NCBI RefSeq assembly: GCF_009914755.1
Contig: NC_060929.1
Source: the human T2T-CHM13v2.0 reference genome, Homo sapiens
Reading direction: 5' to 3' (one strand)
DNA: 64,000 nt
Program-made: the position numbers and the translations under genes
The notes under the pieces: generated by a model
Database searches by the model: none
Told to the model about the DNA's origin: nothing
What the model saw: only the letters and a program-made list of their open reading frames with translations
In this document: positions 45,472 to 64,000 of the stretch, one piece after another
How the letters are laid out: every line of letters begins with the position of its first letter
Numbering within the stretch: position 1 is the first letter of the stretch

Positions 45472-49335
<3,864 letters not shown>

Positions 49336-49579
49336 CCTCAAGTTTTGTTTTTTTTGTTTGTTTTGTTTTTTGTTTTTGAAATGTAGTTTGACTCTTGTCA
49401 CCCAGGCTGGAGTGCAGTGGCACGATCTCAGTGGCCTTCATACCTGGCTAATTTTTTGTATTTTTACTGGAGGTGGGGTTTTGCCATGTTGGCCAGGCTG
49501 GTCTTGACCTCCCGACCTCAGGTGATCCACCCACCTCAGCCTCCCAAAATGGGATTACAGGCATGAGCTACCGCTCCCA

Positions 49580-50440
49580 ACTTCATTCATTTTTACTTGA
49601 AAAACTCCGTTAAGCATTTTTTTAAGGTAGACCTAGTGGTCCTGAATGCCCTCAGCTTTGTTTGTCGAGGAAACACGTTATTTCTTTTTCCTTTCTGAAG
49701 GACAGCTTTGTCAGACATAGTATTAGTTGCTGGCAGTTTTTTTCTTTCAGCACTTTGAATGTATTATTCGATTCTGTCCTGACCTGCAAAGTTTCTTTAA
49801 CTTTTGACTATTTGATTATATTGTGACTTGGTGAGTATCTATTTGGTTTGAACCTCTTTAGGAATCTTTAAGCTTCATGGATTTAGATGTCTAAATCTTT
49901 CCCATGATTTAGGCAGTTGTCAGCCATTCTTTAAATAAGCTTTATTCTCCTTTCTCTACTTTCCTTCTCAAACTCCCATAACCTGACAATGGTTTGCTTA
50001 ATGGTGTCTTGTTGGCTTTCTTTTCTCTGTCTCTTTTTTTTTTCTTTTTGAGACAGAGTCATGCTCTGTCACCCAGGCTGGAGTGTAATGTGTGGTCTCG
50101 GCTCACATTGCACTCCAACCTCCGCCTCCTGGGTTCAAGCGATTCTCCTGCCTCAGCCTCCTAAGTAGCTGGGACTACAGGTGTGTGCCACCACACCCGG
50201 CTAATTTTTGTATTTTTAGTAGAGATGGGGCTTTGTCATGTTGGACAGGCTGGTCTTGAACTCCTGACCTCTTAATCTGCCTGCCTCGGCCTCCCAAAGT
50301 GTTGGGATTACAGGCTTGAGCCACCACACCCAGCCTTCTTTTCTCTCTTTTATTCTTTTTTTCTCTGTCCTCTGACTGGATAATTTCGGAAGATCTATAT
50401 TCAAGTTTACAGATTCTCTCTCCTGTTGAAGTTGACTATT
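49580..50440 (-). mobile_element. Old L1M fragment interrupted by an Alu
   Basis: ctcagctttgtttgtc...tttctgaaggacagcttt...ttctttcagcactttgaatgta...cagccattctttaaata. Confidence 0.7.
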
Positions 50441-51111
50441 GTGTTATATCACCCAGTCTGGTCTTGAACTCCTGGGCTCAAGCGATCCTCCCACCTTGGC
50501 CTCCCAAAGTGCTGAGTTTACAAGCATGAGCCACTGCATCCAGTCAGTCCCAGCACTTTGGGAAGCTGAGGTGGGAGGATCACTTGAGCTCAGGAGTTTG
50601 AGACCAGCCTGGGCAACGTACTGAGAACTTGTCTCTATATTAAAAAAAAAAAAAAAAGTCTTTGGGAGGCCAAAGCGGGAGGATCACCTGAGGTCAGGAG
50701 TTCGAGACCAGCCTGGCCATCATGGCAAAACCCCATCTCTACTAAAAATACAAAAATTAGCCAGGTGTGGTGGCACACGCCTGTAGTGGTGGTGCATGCC
50801 TATAGTCCCAGCTACTCAAGAGGCTGAGGCAGGAGAATCACTTGAACTGGGAGAGGGAGGTTGCAGTGAGCTGAGATCGCACCAGTGCACTCCAGCCTGG
50901 GCAACAGAGTGAGACTCCATCTTATAAAAGGAAAAAAGAAAGAAAAGAAAAATTCCATATCTGAGTGTTTACTCCTGAGTTTTTGAGATTGTTATTAAGA
51001 TCGTGCTCTACTGTGATGATTTGGGTTGGTTTGATAATCAGAAAAAAAGCGTATTCTTTTAGGTGTTCAGCCACACTGCTTTGGTGTCACAACTGCACAT
51101 TGGTTTCACAG

Positions 51112-53690
<2,579 letters not shown>

Positions 53691-56600
53691 AAAATTACAA
53701 TAGGACTGTTTTTATGTTTGTTTATGTATTTACCTTTACCAGAGAGCTTTGTATATTCATACAGCTTGCTTATTTACTTACATAGTTATTGCCTAGAGTT
53801 CATTTATTTCAACCTGAAGGACTTAACACTTCCTGAATGTCAAATTCAGGGATAAATGGATTTTTTTCAGTTTTAAAAAAAAATCCGGAAATGTCTTAAT
53901 TTCTCCTTCATTTTTGAAGGATAAGTTTTCCAGCTATATATTTCTCAATTGACAGGTTTCTTCATTATTTTAAATATATAATCCACTGCCTACTGGCCTT
54001 CAAGGTTTCTGCCGAGAAATCAGCTGCTAATGTTATCTGGATCCCTATCTGTGAGAGTTGCTCTTCTCTCTGAGTTTTCAACATTCTCCCATTATCTTTT
54101 TTTTGTTTGTTTTTGAGACAAATAATTGTACATATTCATGGGATACAGAGTGATATTTTGATACATGTATACAATGCCCAATGATCAAATAAGGATAATT
54201 AGCATATCCATCACCTCAAATATTTGTCATTTATTTGTATTGTGAACAGTCAACATTCTTTCTTCTAGTTTTTTAAATTTATAAACATTTAAATTTTATT
54301 ACAGAAATTTAAATTTTTTGATTCTGAAAAAGTCATATATGTATGCAACATTTTTTATCATTTATTTATATATTTATGCATCTTTCCTTTTAGTTTTGAC
54401 AGAGATTTTCTATTTTATCATTATTTCAAAAGAACTCTTACCTGTATTTATTTATCAAGTATATTTCCCTTGTTTTTTCCTAGTATATTAATTTATTTAC
54501 TTATCTTCTAAAAATCCTCCATATAATCTGTTTATTTTGTTTCCTTTCTATAATTTCTTCAATAATTAGTTCTGTTCTATTTTCCATTAAAATATTTAAA
54601 TCTTGTATGAATTTTTGTCAGATTAGAAATTTAGGGCGTTTCTTAATTTCTCTATACTCTAGCTTTTGACTTTTTTTTTCTGACCTAAGAGGTATTTAGA
54701 GCACATTTTAGATTTTTTATTTTGACTAATCATTTAAAATGTATACTAATCTTCAATTTAAATAAAAAACTGGTCTATAGTGACAAAAATTACAAATGAG
54801 CCTAACTAATAAATTATCAGCTGTGTTTATATGTATAAGCATGCACAGATTTTGGTAAATATGTACATAGTATATTGGTGAGCTTATTTTTATCATTCTT
54901 AACTCATTGTGTAGTCTAAACGTTGGGGAAAAAATAAAATACAATAATCAGATGGTGTGAATAAGAAAATTGTTCTAATGTTTGTAAACCAAGCAACTGT
55001 TTTAACTGCTCCCCTCTTCCTGATTGACTTCTAAAAGGGATTGATCCATATTGGGTCCTATCATATACGTCACGGTATAACATCTCCAGCTATAAAATGG
55101 AAATTTGAGAATAACTTTGCTGCTACTCAGATACATTTTATTTCAAAAACATACACTAAGGTGTTGCTGTTGGATCTTTCCAAAAACATATTCACACTGA
55201 ACTTTCAATCACACTGAGCCATATTTGAACAATCTTTCAAGGTCAGCTCTGGCATAAGCTAACATTATACCATTTAACTCAGAAATTTCTTTAGTATTTG
55301 ATTAATGGGTTTATGTTTGATATGTAATGTAATTTTCTAATGCTAAATCAAGTGGTAATTTTGTTAGTCAAGTTGATTTAGTGGCTTGGGAAGAAAGCTT
55401 TTAATGTTCCCCTAATTTTTCTTACCTTTGACATGATCCTTCACATGTCTTATTTTGCTTAGTGATTTTTCTTTTTTTTTTTTTTTTTTTGAGACAGGGT
55501 CTTACTCTACCACCCAGGCTTGAGTGCAGTGGTGCAATCACAGCTCATTGCAGCCTTGACCTCCCAGACTCAAGCTATTCTTCCACCTCAGCCTCCCAAG
55601 TAGCTGGTACTACAGGCACATGCCACCAAACTTGGCTAATTTTTGTATTTTTTGTAGAGACAGAGTTTTGCCAAATTCTCAGGCTGGTCTGGAATTTCTG
55701 GGCTCAAGTAATCCTGCCTTGGCCTCCCAACATGCTGATATTACAGACATAAGCCACAGTACCTGGCCAGTTTTCTTTTTAAAAAAATCTATTGGTTATT
55801 AATTTGAAGCCTTCCTTTTCATAGCTGTGCTCCTTAATTGGGAGCAAACATGAATGGACCACAACTTAGCCAATTTTCTATATACGATCTTTGCCATCCT
55901 AATTTAAAGGAATATTAATTCTTTCTTTTCCTCTTTCATTCCACAAACCTGTATTGACTACATCTAAGTTCTAAATGGTGCACTGGATGTTGAAAAAGTT
56001 GATGATGAGCAAGAACAAAATTCCTGCTTTCAGGAGACTTACAGTTCAATATGGGAAATATAATTTGTTAAAATATAAAAGTGCAATTGTGTTACATGCT
56101 GTACGAAGTACATGTTGACATGTGAGCATATAATAAATGGGCTGGAGGCCAGAGGATTGCCAAAGAGAATGGGCCTCCTGCTGAGATGAAAAGTTGAGCA
56201 GGGATTAGTTGGCGAAAGTGGAGGGACGATCCTTTCTAGGCAGGAGGAAGAACATGTACAGAATCTCTGAGGTGTGATGCGACAAAGTCTATATAAAAAA
56301 CTGAAGAAAGGTCTAATGTGGCTTAAATACAGAAGCTAGTAGGAGAGGAGTCGAAAAGAGGCTGGAGAAGTAGAAAGTGTCTGCATTCTGCAGGAACTTA
56401 TATTGTATAAAAAGAATTTCTCTTTATTCTAAGTGCAATGTGAAGCCAATGAAGTGCTTTAAACAGGTGATGTGATTTGATTGAATTTATTACTTCACTT
56501 AACAAATATTCATTACATGCCCACTGTTTGTCAGATATTGCTGTAGCCCCTGGTGATACAGTAGGGAATAAAACAGGCAAAAATCCCTGTCCTCTTGCAG

Positions 56601-56843
56601 CTTATAATGGACTGCAATGTTTAATATGTCAGAGGAGGTCCACGGAGGAGTGACTTCTAAGCAAGAATCTGAAAAAAATGAGGATATCTAAGGAGGGAAC
56701 AAATGGTTCAAAAGCCCTATAATTGCAAGCAGGCATGATGAAGCAATTGCAGTTGTCCTGACTCTCAACACCGTGGAACTCAAAGGAGATGGAAAGATTC
56801 CTTCTCTCCCTCATATATTTTCTCTCTTTCTGTCTATATATAT

Positions 56844-56943
56844 AGAATATGAGACATTTCCCTAATCATTATGTGTAATTACAATTACATATATATATGT
56901 AATTGTAATTACACATAATGATTAGGGAAATGTCTCATATTCT
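56844..56943. repeat. Perfect 100-bp palindrome with no spacer
   Basis: All 50 base pairs checked by hand around the centre at 56893/56894. Confidence 0.97.
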
Positions 56944-58743
56944 TCTACTCAGAAATAAGCAATATAGCAATTACTGTTTTTTACATTTTACAGTTACAGT
57001 TTCAGAGAAAGTTTGATATTTATCTAAAATTTTTCAATGTATGAACTTTTTCATTTGACAAACCATAATTGTACATATTCTTGGGATACAGAGTGATATT
57101 TTCTTTACATGTATAGAATGTGTAGTGATCAAATCAGGGTAATTTCCACTAATTTAAAATGCCACCTTTATGTTATTGTAATTTATATATATACTATATA
57201 TACACACACACACATATATATATACATGTCCACATACAGTGTGTGTGTGCACATGTACACACATGCATATGTGTATATAATGCCCAGTATAAGCAATGTG
57301 CACAAATAAAATTAGCTAACAGAGATAGTATAGAGTGAGAGGAGAGGCAGATTAATCTTTGAGGAAAAGCACAATTTTATAGCTGAATGGAGAAAGCTGA
57401 GGTGGTTTCTAAGATGGAGAATAAGACGAAAAATGTAAGTACGTTGTTTGAATTCAAGAAAGAAGGGTAAAAGAGAAGAAAGTAGTGGTCTTATCATTAA
57501 ATGCCACAGAGAGGTAAAGATAAAGACAACATATTGTTTTGGGTTTAGTAATTTAAGGGTGACCAAATTCCGTTTTGGAGGAGGAACAGATTCCATGTCC
57601 ACTAGAATGGAATGAACAAGAAATGGAGGAGGAAAATAGGTAGTTTTTCAAAAGTTTTCAAAAATATGAAAAGAAGAAATGAAGTGGTACTTGGAAGAGA
57701 TTGTTGAAATGGGAGAGACTATGGTGGCTTGTTTAGAAGCAGTTGAGATAGATCCAATTGAGATAGAGATATTGACTATATAAACAAAAGAATGACAAAT
57801 TAATAGTGTAATGGATAACTTGACTTTGGCAAATATTGTGAATTTTTGTGAAAGTACAACTAAAAGGCAATGTCACTCCAATAATCACCAGAGTAATCAA
57901 TTTGCTTATTGCTGTCCCTTTAAATATAGTTCTCTGGTATCAACTAACATGTTTTTAACTAATGATGCTTCTTAAAGAAAAGGGAAAAGACCTTTTTCTT
58001 TCTTTCAGTCTTCAATGATTCACTGCTTCATCTCGCTCCACCAAAGATAAATGAAATCTACATCTCTTATACATTAACAATGCATGACAATTTACAAATA
58101 GCTAAATTTTTGGAGCTAACTTTAAGTACCTGAATGGAATTTAATCAACCCACTAATCTCCTTCTCACTTCTCAGTTATTTATCAAGTTTATGTCAAGGG
58201 ACAAGGAAAAATTATCCAAACATTGTTTAAAACAATCATCATTAATTAGTAACACTTATCCAGGGGGGTTTTTAACCTTTCCCCCACTCAAGGATTATTC
58301 TAATGTCAGAGTAGAATAAAAAATAAGTGCAGCGATGCTGACTCTTCCAAGCTTAACATTTCTCACAAGTCAATTAGCTTTGTACTGGGAGGAGGGCGTG
58401 AAGGGCTGCTTGCGGTAGTTGTGTAGCAGCAGCACAATGGCCGCAGACAAGGAAAACAGTTTCTAGGAATTCCTCGTATATAATTTTATATTTTTGACAA
58501 GATTAATGACCCATGCTCCCTTCCTCTCCATTTCTTTTTTTGGAATTCTGTTGGTATGTAGTTACTATATTTTATTAAAGGAAATTAGCCTTATCTCTTA
58601 TTATATTTTATTAAAGAAAATTATTATATTATTCCTTTATATTTTTATTAAAGGATTTTATTATTATTAAAGGAAATTAGCCTTATCTCTTATTATATTT
58701 TTTATGACCTTCAAAGTAGTGTCTCTGCTTAAAAGTGTACCCT

Positions 58744-59037
58744 GGCCGGGCGTGGTGGCTCACACCTGTAATTCCAGCACTTTGGGAGGCCGAGGCGGGT
58801 GGATCACGAGGTCAGGAGATCGAGACCATCCTGGCTAACACGGTGAAACCCCGTCTGTACTAAAAATACAAAAAATTAGCAGGGCATAGTGGTGGGCGCC
58901 TGTAGTCCCAGCTACTCAGGAGGCTCAGGCAGGAGAATGGCGTGAACCCGGGAGACGGAGCTTGCGGTGAGCTGAGATCGCACCGCTGCACTCCAGCCTG
59001 GGCGACAGAGCAAGACTCCGTCTCAAAAAAAAAAAAA
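58744..59037 (+). mobile_element. AluY
   Basis: gagatcgagaccatcctggctaacacggtg and aatggcgtgaacccggga diagnostics; TSD aaaagtgtaccct / aaaagtataccct. Confidence 0.9.
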
Positions 59038-59171
59038 GTATACCCTGAGGCACACATCAAGCGACATGTAGAGTTCATAAATTCTGGCCAAATGGTCATA
59101 CCTCAAACCTCATCAGCAGTAAGGCTCTTTACTTGCACTGACAAATATGAACGCTGGGGAATTTGGAAATG

Positions 59172-59315
59172 ATATATAATATATAATATTATATATATAA
59201 TAGATATATAATATATAATATATATAATACATATATATTATATATGTAATAGATATACAATATATAATATATAATAGATATATAATATTATATATAATAG
59301 ATATATAATATATAA
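59172..59315. repeat. AT-rich low-complexity (TATATAA/TAGATA)n repeat
   Basis: Direct reading of the sequence. Confidence 0.9.
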
Positions 59316-59350
59316 CTTTCCATGTGATTTTCCTCTTAATTTTTTTCTAG

Positions 59351-59508
59351 CTGATCCATATGAATTCCTCTTATTAAGAAAAATAAAGCATCCAGGATTC
59401 AATGAAGAACTGACTATCACCTTGTTAATCATTCAGAAACATGTTGCAGGCTTAAGCCATTTTTGATATAGATACTGAAACAATTACTTGCTAAGAGCAA
59501 ACTTGAAG
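59351..59508 (+). other. Candidate 158-nt internal exon
   Basis: cttaatttttttctag|CTGATCC...CTTGAAG|gtatgg, with a strong acceptor and donor. Confidence 0.55.
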
Positions 59509-60341
59509 GTATGGATAAGGCCCTGAGTCATCTTCCTGAGCTGAATGATAGTTAAGCTGAATGTACGTATAAAATATGATTTTCTAACCACTTGCTCGCC
59601 AACAAGGAAAACTTTTAAGTAGAGCAGAACCTGAATAGACAAGACATTTCTTTCTTTTGGTAGAAAATGATTTACCATCACTGTGTAGTTAATTGTAGAC
59701 TAGGTAATTTTAACTTTGTGATTTATTGCCGGAGACATTTTCTTCTGTACTGTAAAGTGTGTGTCAAAAAAAAAAAAATAGCGATTTTGGAGGATTAGGG
59801 GACTTTGATAAATTGCCTGCAATTCTGGCAGTATGAACTGCATATTAATTTCTCTCTTTCAAGAACATTTTTATTTATTAATTCCTTACAAAAACTCCCT
59901 AAACTTTGGAACAGCTCTCAATTGCCTGTATTCTTTTTTTTCTTATTATGGTACTCTTCTAGAGATTTGGCTTGCATCTGTGAATAAGCCAGGACATCTT
60001 CAGAAATTGTCTGATTAAAAACACCACCAATGGAGTTTCATTAAATTTGTATTGCTCTGACTAGTGAAACATACACATCTATGTTGCTGAGGATATTTTA
60101 CTGCAGTTCAAGTTGTAATAATAGCTCTGTTTAAGATCCGTCAGTCACTTGAATCTTCTCTAAGGCTTTGTATGTTAGAAGTTAATTTGCTTTCTTACAA
60201 GGCCACATTCTATCTTGTAACTAAACAACTGAATTTTATGTCTTAGCGTAGATGGTTTATTACTTTCTGGTTTTTCTTTAGTAAGAATCCTATAAAAACA
60301 CTAGTATTTTTCTCTGAGTTTAAAATTCAATACATGCCTAC

Positions 60342-60722
60342 TGATATGGTTAGGCTTTGTATCCCCACCTGAATCTCGTCTTGAATTGTAATCCCCATAG
60401 CCCCCATAATCCCCACAGGTCAAGGGAGAGACCAGGTGGAGGTAATTGAATCATGGGGGCAGTTTCCCCTGTGCTGTTCTTGTGATAGTGAGTTCTCACG
60501 AGATTTGATGGTTTTATAAGGGATTCTTTCCCCTTTGCTCGGCACTTCTTCATGCTGCCTTGCGAAGAAGCTGGCTTGCTTCCTCTTTGTCTTCCGCCAT
60601 GATTGTAGATTTCCTGAGGCCTCCCAAGCTGTGCTGAACTGTGAGCCAATTAAACTTCTTTCCTTTATAAATTACCCAGTCTTGGGCAGTTCTTTATAGC
60701 AGTATGAAAATAGAAAAATACA
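60342..60722 (+). mobile_element. THE1-family solo LTR (MaLR)
   Basis: tgatatggtt...gtcttgaattgtaatcccca...tttcctgaggcctccc...ataaattacccagtct...aataca, with a 5-bp TSD cctac on both sides. Confidence 0.92.
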
Positions 60723-62184
60723 CCTACTATGTAAAACTTAAAATACAAAAAAACAAAACATTATCTCACTAACATAGGAGCTAATATTTTGGTGTACTTT
60801 GTTTAGTATTTTATATTAAAAATATGTACATATATATTTATATATAATTAAGAACATGTATGTACAATCGTGCATACATCATGTACATACATCTACTTAA
60901 GAAAATAGCTATGTAATATACCATTACTCAACTAGATTATAATTTTTTCTCCATTTCTTTATTGTAATTTATCATTTTCTACTTTTTTGTTTTCTCATTT
61001 TTATTGCATAATATTTAATTATGCAAAAAATACATTAAATACATTGAAAATATATAGTGTAGCTATAAGAATAAAGAACGATGGTAAAACAAATGCTAAT
61101 ACCCACTACCTGACTTAAAGAATATGATATTATTTTTTTCCAATTGAAATTCCCTCAACTACTCAGAATTACTGCTATCCCTCTTATCCTTTCATTAATT
61201 TTCTTCTAGTTTTCTCACATGTGAATCTATTTCTAAATACATTTCTTTATTTTGCAAGTTTTTGGACTTCATATAAATGTAACCATATTGTATATATTCT
61301 TCTTCAGCTTCTTAGTTTTTCACTAAACAATATGTTTTGCTGATACTTACATTCATATGTACAGTAATAGTTGATTTATTTTAATGGCTATATATTATTC
61401 CATTGTTAGAATACACCAGGATTTATTTTTACTTATTTTTTTTGCTGGAAAATTGGGTGTCTTTTTTATTTTTTGATATAACAAACAATGTTGTAATCAT
61501 TTTGTATTTACTTCCTAGTCCACTCCTGTAAGTTTCTCTTGAGTACATACTAGCAATGAATATGCTGAGTCACTGCATATACATACTCACAACTTTATTC
61601 TATAATGTAATATTCTATAAAGTAGCTGTATCAGTTTATACTTTAACCAGTAATGGACAAGATTTTCTGTTACTTCCCATCTTTGTTAATTATTACTTTT
61701 AGACTCTAACTTTTATCAGGCTCATGGATGTAAAAAGCATCTCAGGGTGGTTTTAATTTGCATTTATCTGCTCATCTATGAAGATGAGCTTCTTTTCATA
61801 TAATTATGAGTCATTATTTTTGTTTTGCCTTCTTTTGTTTATGCATTTTGCTTGTTCTATGTCTTATTTTTCCTGTTGATTTTTGGGAGTTCATATATAT
61901 TCTAAATGTATATTTATTCACTTATATATATGTTGTAAATATTACAGTTTATGATTTGTCACCTTATGATATCTTCCAAATAGAGAAGCTTTATATTTTG
62001 ATGTAGTCATATGTTCATTTTTCCTCCTTAATGTTTGTTTTTCTTGGTTCTATGACCTACCAAAAGTAACAAAAATTCTCATTTATTTTTAATCTAAATG
62101 TTTTAAGTATTTTCCTGGAATTCACCTTGAATTGATTTCTATTGGAGATAGGTATCCAATCTAATTTGCCTCATATGGATAACC

Positions 62185-62679
62185 ACTTGTTCTATTACTG
62201 CTGTAACAAATTTCTACAAACTAAGTGACCTAAAATAACACAAACTTGTCATCTTACAGTGTACACAAGTCAGAAATCAGGCATGAATTTTAGTGAACTA
62301 AAATCAAGTTGTCGACAGGCATGTTTCTTTATGGTGGCTAGGGTAGAATCCATATCCTGGCCTTTTCTATCTTCTAGAGAACATCAGCATTCCTTTTCTC
62401 ATTGCCTCTCCTCTCTCTTTTTAAAGCTGGCAATGTCACATTTCTCTGACCATTCTTTCATTGTCACATCTCTCTCTGGACTCAGCTAAGAAAGGTTCTC
62501 CATTTTTAAGAACTCATGTGATTAGACTGGGCCCATCTGGGTAACCCAGGAAGATCTCTCCATCTCGGTTTGCATCCTTAATCACATCTGATAAGCCTTT
62601 ATTGCATTCAGTGTAACATATTCACAGGTTCCAGGGTTAGGCATGGGCATCTTTGAGGGCCATTATTCTCCCTACCACA
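62185..62679 (-). mobile_element. MLT1-family LTR within an old antisense L1 region (about 60980-63260)
   Basis: ctattactgctgtaacaaattt...gtgattagactgggccca...cacaggttccagggttagg...gccattattctccctaccaca. Confidence 0.82.
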
Positions 62680-63259
62680 TTATTTGCCTAGCATCTTTCA
62701 TTACATTGTCCATCTATTTACTTACTGATTTCTAATGACATCCAAATCAGTTACAACATTTTATGTAAGCATTGTTTTTATTTTTATGTTATTCCACTAG
62801 TCTATTTTTCTACTCATGAATTATGGTACATGAGTTTATTTTTGCAACTTTAAGCTCAATAACATGTTTTAAGATTTCCTCAACTTTCTTTTTGCGCTTC
62901 TTCAGAAGTTGACTCTTTTGGCCCTTTGGTCTTCTATACACATTTTAGAAATGCTTTGTTGAGGACTAAGAGGAATGCTAAGATTTTGATAGGAATTTCA
63001 TTGAATTTTGAGTATATTGGCATGCTACAATGGTTAGTGCTTTATACATGAAAATAATATATCCCTTCCTCTTTTCCTAGTATCATGAGATGTTTGTTAG
63101 GCAGACATGAATATTGAGTTGTATCAAATGTGGTTTTCTGCATTATTGTGGTGGTGATGTGATTTAGCTCCTTTAATTAGTTAATGTAATGAATTACATT
63201 TGTAGATTGCTCTAACTATTGAAACAAGCTTGAATTTCTGGAATAAGCCCAATGTGATA

Positions 63260-63930
63260 TTTATTCAACAAATATTCATTGAGTATACCTAGTATGTAAC
63301 ATGCTTTAAGAATACACCAGTGAACCAAACAGAAATATCTGACATTACAGAACTTAACATTCCAGTATTTGGAGACAGATGATAAAAAAGTGAACATGTA
63401 TATTTACAGTTTGTCAAGGAATGATAAATGAAGACTCTTAAAGTAGATGGGGAATTGGGAGTGAAGTCTGTAATTTAAATAGGGTGGGCAGGAAAGCTTC
63501 ACAGAGAATGGGACATTTAAGAATAGACTTGAAGGACAGGCAAGAGCAATCTCTATGTTTATATGGGAGAAAAGGTTCCAGGCAGATGCAGTAACAATGG
63601 CAAATATCCTGAAGTAGGATCATGCTGGAGTTTTTGTGGAGCAGCAAGGAGGCTAGTGTGACTGCCACAGAATCACCCAAGGGAAGATGAGAAGATCAGA
63701 CCAGACCAGCACTTGGGCATCTAATGGGAAAAGTTTCTCAAGCCATCATAAAAATTTCACTTTTACTATAAATACTACGAGAAACCATGGGATGTTTTAC
63801 AGTAAGAAAGGTGGCATAATATGTTACATGTTTTAAACAAACTCTATAGCTTCTGAGTTGAAATAGATTGTAGGGGCTCATGGCAGAAGCAGAGGGAACA
63901 TTTAGGAGACTACTGTAAAGAATATCATGA
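63260..63930 (-). mobile_element. L2 LINE 3' fragment
   Basis: tttattcaacaaatattcattgagtatacctagtatgt is the typical antisense L2 3' end. A similar L2 cluster lies at about 55950-56760. Confidence 0.7.
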
Positions 63931-64000
63931 AAAGAACAAACAACGCTATGTAACATGCTTAAATGGACTGAAGAAGATGTATAAAATCAAAATGATGTTA

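Noticed and set aside
50965-51111. N-terminal part of the 109-aa ORF upstream of the SEPT14 match
   Set aside because: It starts at a non-ATG codon and lies upstream of the splice acceptor at 51110-51111, so it is intronic read-through.
59172-59315. AT-rich tract as a second palindrome
   Set aside because: The self-complementarity comes from simple (TA)-rich composition, not from complex inverted arms.

Overview
Human (great-ape) genomic DNA from an Alu-dense segmental-duplication mosaic of the subtelomeric/pericentromeric duplicon family that carries GTF2I exon fragments, a U6 retrocopy, a capicua processed pseudogene (CICP) and the terminal exon of SEPTIN14. An AluYb8-type insertion points to human. 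I find no intact protein-coding gene, and the exact paralog cannot be assigned without alignment. Family names come from my recall of consensus and protein sequences, not from a search. I did not find a convincing new biological system. The most unusual structures visible in the sequence are: (1) three GTF2I exons in permuted order; (2) a ~0.95 kb templated insertion into an Alu that apparently seeded a 3.4 kb tandem array; (3) a 32-bp minisatellite with an inverted block bracketing a 48-bp VNTR made of estrogen-response-element-like motifs; (4) a CIC retrocopy scrambled by four strand switches; (5) a possible spliced SEPTIN14-tail microprotein; (6) a perfect 100-bp palindrome.
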